A DNA stretch of 62,859 bases, counting the filler. It is 7 parts of 7 records of this genome, joined end to end, with 100 filler letters (N's around TTAATTAATTAA, not from the genome) between each part and the next. Parts side by side here need not be neighbours in the genome. Positions count along the whole stretch, not along the records: positions 1 to 10,033 come from SRR31156797_4695; 6 more parts are not named here. The stretch is one strand, 5' to 3'. Shown here piece after piece: positions 1-10,033 of this stretch (positions within the stretch are counted from its first letter, which is position 1; every line of letters begins with the position of its first letter). The position numbers and the translations under genes are program-made. The notes beneath the pieces were generated by a model that saw only the letters and a program-made list of their open reading frames with translations, was not told the origin of the DNA and did not search any database.

Positions 1-347
1 TCCTTTTTAAGCCCGAGGGGCTCTTTGTCGACAATGAACATGTGGGGCTGAAATGTTTTAGCCGTGGCTTTGATCAGGTTCCTGCGAATATCAAGAGCGT
101 GTTTCGGATTGATTTTTATGGAAAGAGGGAGATACTCTTCATTGGTTTTTTTAATCATGCCGGGGATTCGCACAAAATCGATCTGGTCGGGCAGCGCGAA
201 TCTCCCGACAATGGGGGAACCGGTCAAAATCAGGATATTTGTATCCTGAGCACGAAGGTGTGAGGCAATGGCCATGGTTCTGCGAATATGGCCAAGGCCG
301 TACGTATCATGCGAATACATCAATATGTTGAAGCATGACCTGCTCAT
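1..347 (-). CDS. Predicted glycosyltransferase (COG4671-like, GT-B fold), N-terminal part; truncated by window edge
   Basis: Not in the ORF track. Manual translation from ATG at 347, which overlaps the upstream stop (ATGA): MSRSCFNILMYSHDTYGLGHIRRTMAIA...LILTGSP...IDFVRIPG...FIVDKEPLGLKK. The YSHDxxGLGHxRR motif is typical of this family. Confidence 0.8.
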   Translation of the reverse strand, partial: MSRSCFNILMYSHDTYGLGHIRRTMAIASHLRAQDTNILILTGSPIVGRFALPDQIDFVRIPGMIKKTNEEYLPLSIKINPKHALDIRRNLIKATAKTFQPHMFIVDKEPLGLKK

Positions 348-1018
348 TTTCTGGTAAACAGCAGCGTTCTTCTCACACCTTCATCGGGGTAGTCGGGCGA
401 CAATTGGGTCATTTCCCAGTTGTCGGCGTAAAATTCCTGAACGTATTTTAAAATAAACAGAAAGTCGTCCTGTATATACTTTTCGGGGTAAAGACCGGCG
501 ATATGATCCGGATCTCCTCCCAAATGCTTTGAAATCCGGTAGTAAGGCCTGGCAGACACAACCATGTAGCTTTTTGAATTTATTTCCAGGGCGGTCAGGT
601 ATTTATGTATACCCTTTCTGACCATGTTCTTACCGAAAAAGCAGACCAGCATGCCGATATCGAACTGCTCGGGAAATTCGATTTGGGCGAAATCACCGGC
701 TCTGAATTCAATATCATTTATACCGTTAATGGTTTTTAGCAGGTTGCAGGCTTTAATTGCATTTTCATCAATATCCAGGCCGACGACATGAGAGGCGCCA
801 AGACGCTTGGCCTGAAATGAGAAGTGTCCCAAATTGCATCCCACATCCAGGACGGTTTTTCCTTGATAATCGATGGTTGAAAATTCGTCTGATTTTGCTT
901 CACGAGGATCTCCGATTCCATCCACCAGCAGTTCCTGGTCCGAAGAATAAATCGGCCGCCAAATAGCATCCGGCCCCATTTCATCCAGAACTTTCTGAAG
1001 TTCAGCTCTTGGGTTCAT
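344..1018 (-). CDS. Class I SAM-dependent methyltransferase
   Basis: Motif I VLDVGCNLGHFS, then VVGLDID and FDIG. Confidence 0.85.
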   Translation of the reverse strand: MNPRAELQKVLDEMGPDAIWRPIYSSDQELLVDGIGDPREAKSDEFSTIDYQGKTVLDVGCNLGHFSFQAKRLGASHVVGLDIDENAIKACNLLKTINGINDIEFRAGDFAQIEFPEQFDIGMLVCFFGKNMVRKGIHKYLTALEINSKSYMVVSARPYYRISKHLGGDPDHIAGLYPEKYIQDDFLFILKYVQEFYADNWEMTQLSPDYPDEGVRRTLLFTRK

Positions 1019-1192
1019 ATTTTCTCTCTTACACGTTAAATATTATTAAACCGCCCGCGGCACGGGCCGGTTTTTGAGATATAATTGCTCAAATTCATTA
1101 GCTTTATCAAACCCCTCAATCCCTACCATATTTGGGCTGTGCAGTCAATTAACTATATAAGCCTTTAGTCATCCGGTTTGGGCGCGAGAGGT

Positions 1193-2461
1193 TCATTCGC
1201 TATTGGCGCGCACGGCCTGGGCTTTGCGTTTTTTATGAGAAAAAATATCGGATTTAGTGTCGGCCGAAATGAAGTCAACGCACAATCTTGCATCCGCGTT
1301 TAAAGGTTTTTCCTTCTGAATTTTTTCCAATAATTCTACCAGTTCTCCATCGTGTCCGCCGTCCAGGTAATTTAAACAAATGCGGCAGGCAGTTTCCTTT
1401 TGTCCCATAACAGAGCAAAGCTCGGCGGTGTTTAATGCATAGATTTTATTAAGGGGATTCAGGGTCAGGGCTTTTTGGAAATGGTCCAAGGCAGAATTCA
1501 AATCGCCCCGCCGAAAGTGTATTACCCCTAAATTATTATAGGAATTTGAAGGGTTGTCGGCAAGGGCCGCAGACTTGAGAAAATCATTTTCAGCAGCTTC
1601 CAATTTGCCGGTGACAAACGATCCCAGGGCGGCCATGAACCGGCTTTGGGATTCGTTAAGGATGACGTAATCCAGGCCAAAACAGGGGCAGCGGCTCACC
1701 CGGCAGGATTGAGGTTCTTCATAAAGAAAGGCCGACCCATTGATGTTGCCCAAAACCGTTTTGTCGCCCGAGCAACGAAGGACCGTTCCGTCGGGTTCAA
1801 GCCTGATGAGGTCTTTGCCGGCTTCACAAGGCACGCCTTTGAAGTTGTAAACCATTTTGGCGCCGGCGCTGGATTTGGATTTGAAAAGCGCTTTTGCTTC
1901 CAGGCCGTAACCGGCCGGGTATTCGACTCCATTATAAATGCCTTTAAAAGGCCTTGGTATCAGGCGTACGCCCTGTGAGGCGAAATATTCCTGGTCCCGG
2001 GCGAAGCGGCCGGTCAGGGTCGGGTGAATGACGTAATTTACGGATACGAAAAAGCCCTTTTCCTTAAGCAGTAATACATTGTCGATAAAATCCCGGACCC
2101 CGTTTTTGCGTTCCCGTTCCTCGATATGAAGGGCGGCATATATGTCCAAGACCATGGAAGGATCTATTGTTTCGGCAAACTCTCTGATACGTTTGGAAAA
2201 ACTAAGGTTGGTGTCTATTTCAAGCTTATGCTTTTTTGTGAGGCGCCGGCATAATTCAACGAAATCCGGCAGGATAAAAGGCTCGCCGCCACTAATGCCC
2301 AATACCCAGTCTTTTCCTGTATTATCAAGAAAACCAATAATGGTTTCATATTGGACATCTTGGCCTTCAGGAGAGGAATCGTAAGGAAAATAACAGTATT
2401 TACACCTGAAATTGCATTTCTTGGTAATATTCCAGGTCAGGTAATTTACTTTACCCGCCAT
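1193..2461 (-). CDS. Radical SAM protein with SPASM/twitch-like Cys cluster and C-terminal TPR repeats
   Basis: CNFRCKYC, SGGEPF, CEAG...C...CRVSRCPC, and TPR-like YNNLGVIHFRRGDLNSALDHFQKALTLNP. Confidence 0.85.
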   Translation of the reverse strand: MAGKVNYLTWNITKKCNFRCKYCYFPYDSSPEGQDVQYETIIGFLDNTGKDWVLGISGGEPFILPDFVELCRRLTKKHKLEIDTNLSFSKRIREFAETIDPSMVLDIYAALHIEERERKNGVRDFIDNVLLLKEKGFFVSVNYVIHPTLTGRFARDQEYFASQGVRLIPRPFKGIYNGVEYPAGYGLEAKALFKSKSSAGAKMVYNFKGVPCEAGKDLIRLEPDGTVLRCSGDKTVLGNINGSAFLYEEPQSCRVSRCPCFGLDYVILNESQSRFMAALGSFVTGKLEAAENDFLKSAALADNPSNSYNNLGVIHFRRGDLNSALDHFQKALTLNPLNKIYALNTAELCSVMGQKETACRICLNYLDGGHDGELVELLEKIQKEKPLNADARLCVDFISADTKSDIFSHKKRKAQAVRANSE

Positions 2462-2513
2462 AAAATTGTCCTTTTACACCGCTTGTTTCCAGCGGTAGGT
2501 TTTTGCATGAAAA

Positions 2514-3488
2514 TCAGGTAAAGGCCCGGTCATGCAACACTAGGTCTCCTCTGATAATATCTTTGAATTCATTGCATTTGGTCAGGCAGTACTTGTTTTT
2601 TCGGGATATTTTAAGCACGGCCTGGAAATAAGGGCCGCTTAGTATTTCTTCAAGCGGTTTTGTCTTAAAGTTGATTCCCTCGTGATATTTTTCAATCAAG
2701 GGCACTATATATCTAAAGCCGTCATTGTGCTCGGAAATATACATACAGTGAGCCAGGCAGCAAGGGTGCACTGTGCCGTCCGCAGCCAGATATATTGATC
2801 CTTTATAGGCCGGTTTGCACATGGCCTCGGTTTCCTCTGAATCGAGTTTATCCCTGTATTCATTAAAAATATCACGCTTTATGGGGACAATGGTTTTTTG
2901 AGGCTCCCTCATTTTTTCATCATAGTCCCTGGAGGCCAGGACGAAAAATCTTTTGCATCCGATATCTTCGGCAATGACCTCGGCTTCCTTGACCTGATGT
3001 TCATTGTGTTCGAATAATATGAACTGCCAGTGGGCGGCGCCTCCTGCTTCGGTGAATGCCTTTATGTTCCTTATGATTTTATTAAAATCAGTTCCGCGGC
3101 GATGGAGGCGGTGAGTGTCGGCCAATCCGTCGAGGGCAAAAACGACATAACCGTTTTTAAAGGATGGCCCAAGGTCCCGCCACCAGGATTCATCCTGATT
3201 TGATCCGTTCGAGTGCCCGCCCATGGGCGCTTTGGGATTTAGCTCTCTAGCGTAAGCGGCTATATCAACGAACTCGTCATTCGAACACAAGTCTCCGAAA
3301 TTACCGTCAAAAGAAATTCTGCGGAGTCGTTTTAAAAGTGTCTCGGGAAGCAGCTTGAATTCTTCAAACGTAATATCGACGTCATCATATTTTCTGACCT
3401 TTTGGCTGCGGCTGCAGAACCGGCAATTTCCGACGCATTTTGAGGATGCTTCAATATTCAGTGCGTTAATATCTTCAAGGCCGAGCAT
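2514..3488 (-). CDS. Radical SAM / SPASM-domain protein
   Basis: CVGNCRFC, GNFGD, FALDG, WQFILFEHNEHQV, DGTVHPCC. ATG at 3488 with a purine-rich RBS is preferred over the TTG at 3536. Confidence 0.85.
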   Translation of the reverse strand: MLGLEDINALNIEASSKCVGNCRFCSRSQKVRKYDDVDITFEEFKLLPETLLKRLRRISFDGNFGDLCSNDEFVDIAAYARELNPKAPMGGHSNGSNQDESWWRDLGPSFKNGYVVFALDGLADTHRLHRRGTDFNKIIRNIKAFTEAGGAAHWQFILFEHNEHQVKEAEVIAEDIGCKRFFVLASRDYDEKMREPQKTIVPIKRDIFNEYRDKLDSEETEAMCKPAYKGSIYLAADGTVHPCCLAHCMYISEHNDGFRYIVPLIEKYHEGINFKTKPLEEILSGPYFQAVLKISRKNKYCLTKCNEFKDIIRGDLVLHDRAFT

Positions 3489-3852
3489 GTTTTTTCCCGC
3501 TAACTTTCCCTTCCAGCACTTTCTTTTTATCAGCAATCAAAAAATCGTCAAGCCAAAATATCAAGACGCCCAATCTATAAATACGCCTAAAAAGAAGTAC
3601 TATTGAGTAACTGAGAACCTTTTTTCCTTTGTCCGGGGGCGATTTTTCTTTTCTCAGCCCATTGATGTTGAAATTATTAATTCTGAATGTTTAATAGTTA
3701 AAATTTGGGCGTCATTAATATAAAAAAGGGAAAAGCTTGATGTTTGGCGTGGGTTTTGTATAATATTCACATTGGTATGTTTAAATTATAATTGATTTTT
3801 ACTGCATTTACGATGTCCATTACAAAAGGGCGATTAGCAGACGGGGTGATGT

Positions 3853-4716
3853 ATGATTAAGAACCGGAGAATCCCTGTTTTTTTTATCGCGTTGATATTG
3901 CTGGTCAATTTTGTTCCAGTCTTTTCAGAGACCGCAGAGGGCGGTCGAGACATGCAGGGTTGGGGCAAGGACGGCAAATATGAAAAGCTGATAAAATGGA
4001 CCAAGCTCGAACACTTCAAGGGCATTGCCGTGGGAATGAAAGAAATTACGCCTCTGCCCGGAATGTCTCCGGGGCTGGCCCTTATGGTGAGGGAATCCGA
4101 CTTTGACACAATCGTTGTGCATATAGGCCCTAAGTGGTTTGTAGGATCCGTGGGCATCAAGGAAGGCGACCGGGTGAATCTACGCGGCGTCTGGGCCAAG
4201 ATAAATGACGAATGGGTTCTGATAGGATCCAAATTCAAACTGGGCGATATTACCGTATTAAAAGTTCGACGGAACCGGGATGGGACTCCTTTTTGGACAA
4301 TGAGTCAGGAAGAACTGGCCATGGAAATGGATGCTCAACGGGCCACCGGTTTGAAAGGCTGGGAAAAAGAAGGGGCTTATGAAAAGCAGATAAAATGGAA
4401 ACCCCCGGAGGATTTTAAGGGTATTATCGTGGGCGCCAAGGAAATCAGGCCATTAGAAGGCATGGCGCCGGGGTTGGCCCTGCTGATACGCGAATCTAAT
4501 TTTGACACGATCACTGTGCATGTAGGGCCCAAATGGTTTATCGGGGATTTGGGCGTCAAGGAAGGCGAGAAGGTCAGCCTGCGGGGCGTATGGACAAATA
4601 TAAACGGTGAAGACGTTTTGATCGCTTCAAAGATCAAAAAGGGCGACTACTTCGAATTCAAGGTGCGCAGGACTTCCGACGGACTGCCTTACTGGAATAC
4701 TTCCCAGAATAAATGA
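3853..4716 (+). CDS. Exported protein with two tandem copies of an OB-fold-like domain (VH(I/V)GPKWF motif)
   Basis: Hydrophobic N-terminal signal; two ~125-aa repeats (GW.K.G.YEK.IKW...FKGI.VG.KEI.PL.GM.PGLAL..RES.FDTI.VH.GPKWF...VRR..DG.P.W). Confidence 0.7.
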   Translation: MIKNRRIPVFFIALILLVNFVPVFSETAEGGRDMQGWGKDGKYEKLIKWTKLEHFKGIAVGMKEITPLPGMSPGLALMVRESDFDTIVVHIGPKWFVGSVGIKEGDRVNLRGVWAKINDEWVLIGSKFKLGDITVLKVRRNRDGTPFWTMSQEELAMEMDAQRATGLKGWEKEGAYEKQIKWKPPEDFKGIIVGAKEIRPLEGMAPGLALLIRESNFDTITVHVGPKWFIGDLGVKEGEKVSLRGVWTNINGEDVLIASKIKKGDYFEFKVRRTSDGLPYWNTSQNK

Positions 4717-4725
4717 CGCGTCTTT

Positions 4726-4758
4726 AAACCGGGGCGTTATGGTATAGCTCCCCGGTTT
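4726..4758 (+). terminator. Probable intrinsic terminator hairpin
   Basis: AAACCGGGG...CCCCGGTTT just after the stop at 4716. Confidence 0.55.
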
Positions 4759-4973
4759 GAAGCGAGTAGCTGAGCTACATCTACGTTGTTGCTATCATTC
4801 TGAAAAAGCAAATCTATAGGGATGTACGCCGTCGAACCTATCTTTGTTCCTTAGGATTGCCGCTTATCCTCCTGCCAAATCGGGACTCCAGGGAAATTTA
4901 ATAATGCCGGCTCCCCAATGCCTGTCAAAATCCATGCAGAAAATCCGGATCAGGGGCGCGGCCGAGGTATGAT

Positions 4974-6038
4974 ATGTGGTTGTTTGTCCGTATTAAGAGA
5001 TCGAATCGGTATTTGTTCTGTTCGTTGATTGCAGCCGTACTTTGTTTTTTTCTTTTTTCCTGCGTTTCAGGGGATCAGGTTGTGAAAAAGGAAAATATGG
5101 AGCATGGGCCTTTGGATTTGAAAAGCATCCGGACCTGGATGTACCAAATTCAGGACCTTGATGTCGACGGCGCGGTGGAGTCGCTGGCTGATAGCGATTA
5201 TCCATTGTTGGTGTTGGAGCCGGGACACAATTTTAGTGAAAGCCCTTATGATACAAAGGCCATTGTGTCGGCGCTCAGGTTTGCTCCAAATGGCAAGCGG
5301 CGCATTCTTCTGGCCTATATTGATATCGGCCAGGCGGAGGATTACAGGAATTACTGGGGCGATGACTGGGAGCGGCCCACGGAAAAAGGCCGAGGGCGGC
5401 CGGATTTCATTCTCACGGTGGATCCCGACGGGTGGAGCGGCAATTATCCGGCGGCGTATTGGCGTGAGGAGTGGAAGGAATTATGGCTGGGGAAAAGCGG
5501 AATCATTGCCGAACTTGCCGAATTGGGATTTGACGGCGTTTATTTGGATTGGGTGGAAGGGTATGACGATGACCACGTCAGAAGGGCCGCCGATGCCGAA
5601 AGCGTGTCCCCGGAAGAGGAGATGATCAATTTTGTTGAGGAAATAGGCGAAGCCGGGCGTCGGATTCGCCCGCAATTCCTGGTTATTGTTCAGAATGCGC
5701 CTTACCTTATTGATTTCGATTCCGCGAGGTATGCCGCGGCCATTGACGGAGCGGCCATGGAAGACACATGGTTTCACGGTCAAGGGGATGCGGATTGGGA
5801 CGATCCTGAAGCGGGAGACTTGAGGAGCAGGCATGATTATGAATGGTCGACCGAATCGAGGCTCAAACAATATAAAAAATATCAGGACCTGGGCATTCCC
5901 GTTTTTACAGTGGACTATTGCCTGAAGACGGAAAATGCGGCCTATGTTTATGAAAAGGCCCGCCAGGCCGGTTTGATACCTTTAGTGACCAGAGTTTCTC
6001 TTTCCCGGATAACGGAAACACCGCCGGATAAATACTGA
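4974..6038 (+). CDS. TM1410/MJ1477-family glycoside hydrolase (endo-alpha-1,4-polygalactosaminidase-like, GH114-related), lipoprotein
   Basis: Lipobox-like LFSC; WMYQIQ, LAYIDIGQAEDYRNYW, GFDGVYLDWV, IVQNA, VFTVDY. Confidence 0.8.
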   Translation: MWLFVRIKRSNRYLFCSLIAAVLCFFLFSCVSGDQVVKKENMEHGPLDLKSIRTWMYQIQDLDVDGAVESLADSDYPLLVLEPGHNFSESPYDTKAIVSALRFAPNGKRRILLAYIDIGQAEDYRNYWGDDWERPTEKGRGRPDFILTVDPDGWSGNYPAAYWREEWKELWLGKSGIIAELAELGFDGVYLDWVEGYDDDHVRRAADAESVSPEEEMINFVEEIGEAGRRIRPQFLVIVQNAPYLIDFDSARYAAAIDGAAMEDTWFHGQGDADWDDPEAGDLRSRHDYEWSTESRLKQYKKYQDLGIPVFTVDYCLKTENAAYVYEKARQAGLIPLVTRVSLSRITETPPDKY

Positions 6039-6304
6039 GAAAAGGGAGGCTGCTGCAGAGGGATAGAAAGCGATTCGCCTTAGATTACCGACCTCGGCGT
6101 GAGTATGGGTTTCATTTGTTGCCGAAAAGAAAATTATGTCTTATAATTAAGCCGTTTGGGCTATAAGTCGTCGCCGGCGTCTGTGACTTCCCGGTTAAGT
6201 GCGTCTTTTATTGCCGCCAAGGCGGCGTTGACAGGAAGCAGGCGGTTCGTTATTATTTGCATGTTTTCAGGGGTGCTTTTAGAAAACTGTAGAAAAAGGG
6301 GAAA

Positions 6305-7576
6305 ATGGATAGCAAACTCGATCAACTGATTCAATTGGGCGTGCGAGAGGGGTATTCCGATCTGCATATTACTGGCGGACATCCTCTTGTTTACAGGTAC
6401 AACGGCGTAATACATTCCGCCAAGGACATCAAATTAAGCCACCAGGAAGTGGACACCTGCGTTCTGGAACTGTTGACCCAGCGGGAATTGAGCATGTTGC
6501 GCAGCAGACTTTCGGTGGACCTGGCCAGGTCAATACACCGGGTTCGCGTCAGGATCAATGTTTTCAACACAACCAGGGGACTGAGTCTGGCCGTCAGGCT
6601 GTTGCCCGGAACGGTTCCGGAGCTTGGCAGTATAAACATTCATCCATCAATACAGCATTTTACAACGCTGTCCGAGGGCCTTATTCTATTATGCGGGCCC
6701 ACGGGTTGCGGAAAATCAACTACTATTGCTGCCATGCTGGAAGAAATAAACCGAACGAGGTCCACGCACATAATTACGCTGGAAGACCCGATCGAATACC
6801 GGTTTACCTCAAAGAAGTCATTTATCGAGCAGCGGGAGTTGGGCGTCCATTTTCCATCTTTTAAACAGGGTCTTATAGATGTTCTAAGGGAAGATCCCGA
6901 TGTTATAGTCGTGGGCGAGCTTCGTGAACCCGAGGTTATGCGATTGACTCTTAATGCCGTGGAATCCGGGCACCTGGTTTTTGCTACCTTGCACGCCACC
7001 AATTCCGAGGACGCCCTGTATAGGATTTCCAATTCTTTCCCGCCCGAGGCCCAGGCGGTTGTAAGAAATCAACTCGCTTCCACCCTGGCCCTTCTCGTGG
7101 TCCAAAAGCTTATTTATTTGAAAAGAGCGGGCTTCAGGATTCCTTTACTTTCAATATTGAGAAGCACTAATGCGATTAAAACCATTATCCGCGATGACAA
7201 GTTGTCATATATCGAGGGGGCTATGCAAACCGGTCGGTCCGCCGGAATGTTTACCACTGAAAAATACATGAGCGACTTTATCAATAAAAGGGAGTTTTTT
7301 ACCAAGCCGACGGAAAACTTCAAGCCTTCAACAGAGGTTACTTCTGAAATGATTTACCGGTCCCCCGTGATGGAGATGGACGACATCGACGTCCAGACTG
7401 CAATTCCGGTAAAAGAACCAAGAGCGCACCCCTCCTTGCATATGCCGGCTCCCGCCAAGCGGGGTGAGACCAAAAAGCCGGTTGACTACGGTTACGACCA
7501 CTGGGATACCGGTAGTCATTACACAATTGATGAAGAGGCGCCGATCAAGGATTTGATTGCGGAAATGACCAAGTAG
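6305..7576 (+). CDS. pilT: PilT/PilU-family type IV pilus retraction ATPase, paralogue 1
   Basis: SDLHI, Walker A GPTGCGKSTT, ITLEDPIE, LREDPDVIVVGELR, His-box GHLVFATLH. Confidence 0.85.
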   Translation: MDSKLDQLIQLGVREGYSDLHITGGHPLVYRYNGVIHSAKDIKLSHQEVDTCVLELLTQRELSMLRSRLSVDLARSIHRVRVRINVFNTTRGLSLAVRLLPGTVPELGSINIHPSIQHFTTLSEGLILLCGPTGCGKSTTIAAMLEEINRTRSTHIITLEDPIEYRFTSKKSFIEQRELGVHFPSFKQGLIDVLREDPDVIVVGELREPEVMRLTLNAVESGHLVFATLHATNSEDALYRISNSFPPEAQAVVRNQLASTLALLVVQKLIYLKRAGFRIPLLSILRSTNAIKTIIRDDKLSYIEGAMQTGRSAGMFTTEKYMSDFINKREFFTKPTENFKPSTEVTSEMIYRSPVMEMDDIDVQTAIPVKEPRAHPSLHMPAPAKRGETKKPVDYGYDHWDTGSHYTIDEEAPIKDLIAEMTK

Positions 7577-7665
7577 CTTATACGCGATTTTTATCGTGTA
7601 AAACTATTTTTACTTCCGGCGCCTCCTGGAAGAACTTTATTATAATATATCTTTTCATTTCTCCT

Positions 7666-7735
7666 TAGGTTGGGTTAGCGTAGTATAACCCAACAATTTC
7701 AAGATGTTGGGTTATGCTACGCTAACCCAACCTAC
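7666..7735. repeat. REP/REPIN-like nested inverted repeat
   Basis: TAGGTTGGGTTAGCGTAGTATAACCCAACA (7666-7695) and a near-perfect reverse complement at 7705-7734 ending CTAC; each arm is itself a hairpin. Confidence 0.7.
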
Positions 7736-8187
7736 AAAATGGCTAATCAATGACTTTATTTCAATGAGAAACAAGTCGTATCGCCCTTCCTCATATATAA
7801 AAACTGATATATGCGATATATCCTTGGGGGAAGAAAACCCTTGGAAGGCAACAGAAGTAAAATATGACATTTTATATCAATTTAATCGATATTATGATTC
7901 TGTGCGGTCTATACAACACACTGAAATATCAGTTGTTTGTTGAATCTAATACTTTTCTTCCCTAATTTTCTGCATTTAAATAATCTATTTTTCCGAAAAA
8001 CATTATTGGCATTTATGCGTAATAAAACTACTATGATATGATAAGCTATATATTAATAGGTTAAGATAAGATTCTTGTTGCCGGACAAATTTGCTACATT
8101 TCATGTAAATGGCGATAAAATATATGAAATGTTGATATATATTAATGCATTATCATTTTGCTGGGTTACAATCACGAGGGAAAAATA

Positions 8188-9513
8188 ATGGAAAAATTTA
8201 ATACCCTGATAGATTACGGGGTCCGGGAGAGCTTTTCCGATATCCATTTAACAGGAGGGCATCCCCTGGTATTCAGGAGAAACGGTGTAATCGATTTCCA
8301 GAAGGAAACAAAATGGAATCATGACGAAGTTGACGACCTTGTTGAAGAAATGCTTACGCCAAGAGAAATGGTTCTTCTGAAATCCTATCAATCCGTGGAT
8401 ATCGGCCGGAGCATCCATAACATCAGGGTCCGGATAAATGTTTTCAACACGACGCGGGGATTAAGCCTGGCTATTCGACTTCTTCCCGGAACGGTTCCTG
8501 AAATCGGCAGCCTCAACCTTCATCCTTCCTTGCGGGAGTTCGCTCACAAGGAGCAGGGTTTGTTCCTGATTTGCGGCGCCACCGGCTGCGGCAAATCAAC
8601 CACCCTGGCCGCAATGATAGAAGAAATAAACCGGACCAGGTCCGCTCATATTGTCACGCTTGAAGACCCGATTGAGTATAGGTTCAAATCCAGGAAATCC
8701 TTTATTGAACAGCGGGAATTGGGGACTCATATACCGTCTTTCGACCGCGGACTCTATGATGTGCTTCGGGAAGACCCGGATGTTATTCTGGTCGGCGAGC
8801 TTCGGGATCCCGAGACAATGAGGTTGACGTTGAACGCGGTTGAATCGGGTCACATGGTTTTGGCGTCGCTTCACGCCAGCAATTCAGAGGATGCGGTGTA
8901 CCGTATTTGCAATTCATTTGCCCAGGAAGCGCAGGATATAGTGCGGCATCAGCTCGCGTCCACGCTGTCGGTCCTGGTGGTGCAAAGGCTTAAATATCTT
9001 CCGCGGGCGGGGTTCAGGGTTCCGTATCTGTCAATTATGACCGGTTCAACATCTGTTAAGGGCATGATAAGGGACAACCGGCTGACTCAGCTTGAAAGCG
9101 CCATACAAACCGGTCGCGTCGACGGGATGATGAACATGGATCAGTATGTGGCCGACTTTATAGATCAGCGCGAGTTTTTTACTTTGCCGTCCGAGAATTT
9201 CAAGCCTTCGGCGGAGAGCACTACCGAGCTTGTTTATACATCACGTCACATGGTTCCCTATTCCGGTATACACAGAGAACAGCCGGCTCCGCCAAAAGTT
9301 AAGACTCCGTATCATCCTTCATCGCCCATACACAAGCCCGAGCCGCCCGCTCCACTTCATGGCCCGCTGCAACCCCCCTTGCCTCCTTTAATGGGGGAAA
9401 GCAGGATGACAATGAACGAAGAAGGCGCCTGGGATGCGGAGCCGCGTTATGACATAAGCGAAGATACGCCCATGGCCGAACTTATCGCCCAAATGAAGAA
9501 GATGGATTCATAG
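8188..9513 (+). CDS. pilT: PilT/PilU-family ATPase, paralogue 2
   Basis: GATGCGKSTT, VTLEDPIE, LREDPDVILVGELRD, GHMVLASLH. ATG at 8188 follows GAGGG and aligns with the start of paralogue 1. Confidence 0.85.
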   Translation: MEKFNTLIDYGVRESFSDIHLTGGHPLVFRRNGVIDFQKETKWNHDEVDDLVEEMLTPREMVLLKSYQSVDIGRSIHNIRVRINVFNTTRGLSLAIRLLPGTVPEIGSLNLHPSLREFAHKEQGLFLICGATGCGKSTTLAAMIEEINRTRSAHIVTLEDPIEYRFKSRKSFIEQRELGTHIPSFDRGLYDVLREDPDVILVGELRDPETMRLTLNAVESGHMVLASLHASNSEDAVYRICNSFAQEAQDIVRHQLASTLSVLVVQRLKYLPRAGFRVPYLSIMTGSTSVKGMIRDNRLTQLESAIQTGRVDGMMNMDQYVADFIDQREFFTLPSENFKPSAESTTELVYTSRHMVPYSGIHREQPAPPKVKTPYHPSSPIHKPEPPAPLHGPLQPPLPPLMGESRMTMNEEGAWDAEPRYDISEDTPMAELIAQMKKMDS

Positions 9514-9540
9514 AAAAGAAATTTCAGTTCAAACGTAAGC

Positions 9541-9560
9541 GGGCGGGATTATACCCGCCC
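9541..9560. terminator. Hairpin between convergent genes
   Basis: GGGCGGG-attata-CCCGCCC followed by a T-rich tract. Confidence 0.6.
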
Positions 9561-9599
9561 ATTTTATTTTAACAAGTTTTACTCGAGATTAAATTCGGC

Positions 9600-9908
9600 T
9601 TAAATGGAAGCTATTTCCTTGAAAGTTGTAATTTCCGGCTCTCCATCCAGGTAGCCGGCTACTTTCCCGAAGAATTCCTGAAAATAAGGGGTGCTGCTAT
9701 GGAATTTTAGAGCTTCCCCGTCTTTGTACCTTTCCATGAAGACTAATACGTTCGGATTGTTTTTATCAATATTCAAGGTGTATAGTAAACAACCTTCTTC
9801 TTCGGCCACTTTGGCGACCAGCCCTTTTACCACTTCCACTGCTTCATCAACCATATCCGCCTTGATCGGAAGCTTGGCGATTACACTAATCATTTCGATC
9901 CTCCTCAT
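9600..9908 (-). CDS. Antibiotic biosynthesis monooxygenase (ABM)/YgiN-family putative quinol monooxygenase
   Basis: MISVIAKL...EEGCLLY...FMERYKD.EAL.FH..TPYF. The true start is probably the internal ATG ending at 9893. Confidence 0.8.
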   Translation of the reverse strand: MRRIEMISVIAKLPIKADMVDEAVEVVKGLVAKVAEEEGCLLYTLNIDKNNPNVLVFMERYKDGEALKFHSSTPYFQEFFGKVAGYLDGEPEITTFKEIASI

Positions 9909-10033
9909 TTAATGATTTATCGTCCACATGCTGAATTGCTGTTATAATGACCACTATCCAGGAATTATCCCTCCGTGTCAATAAATACGGGACGGATTAA
10001 ACCTAATTAGTGTCTGTCCAGAATGAGGAGTTT

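Noticed and set aside
42-263. Short + strand ORFs at the window start
   Set aside because: Antisense to the glycosyltransferase at 1-347
7704-7943. 79-aa ORF between the pilT genes
   Set aside because: Starts inside the REP element, has no RBS and no recognisable motifs
10008-10033. TAGTGTCTGTCCAGAA at the end of contig 1, possibly an IS/MITE terminus
   Set aside because: Only ~25 nt, with no partner repeat in the window
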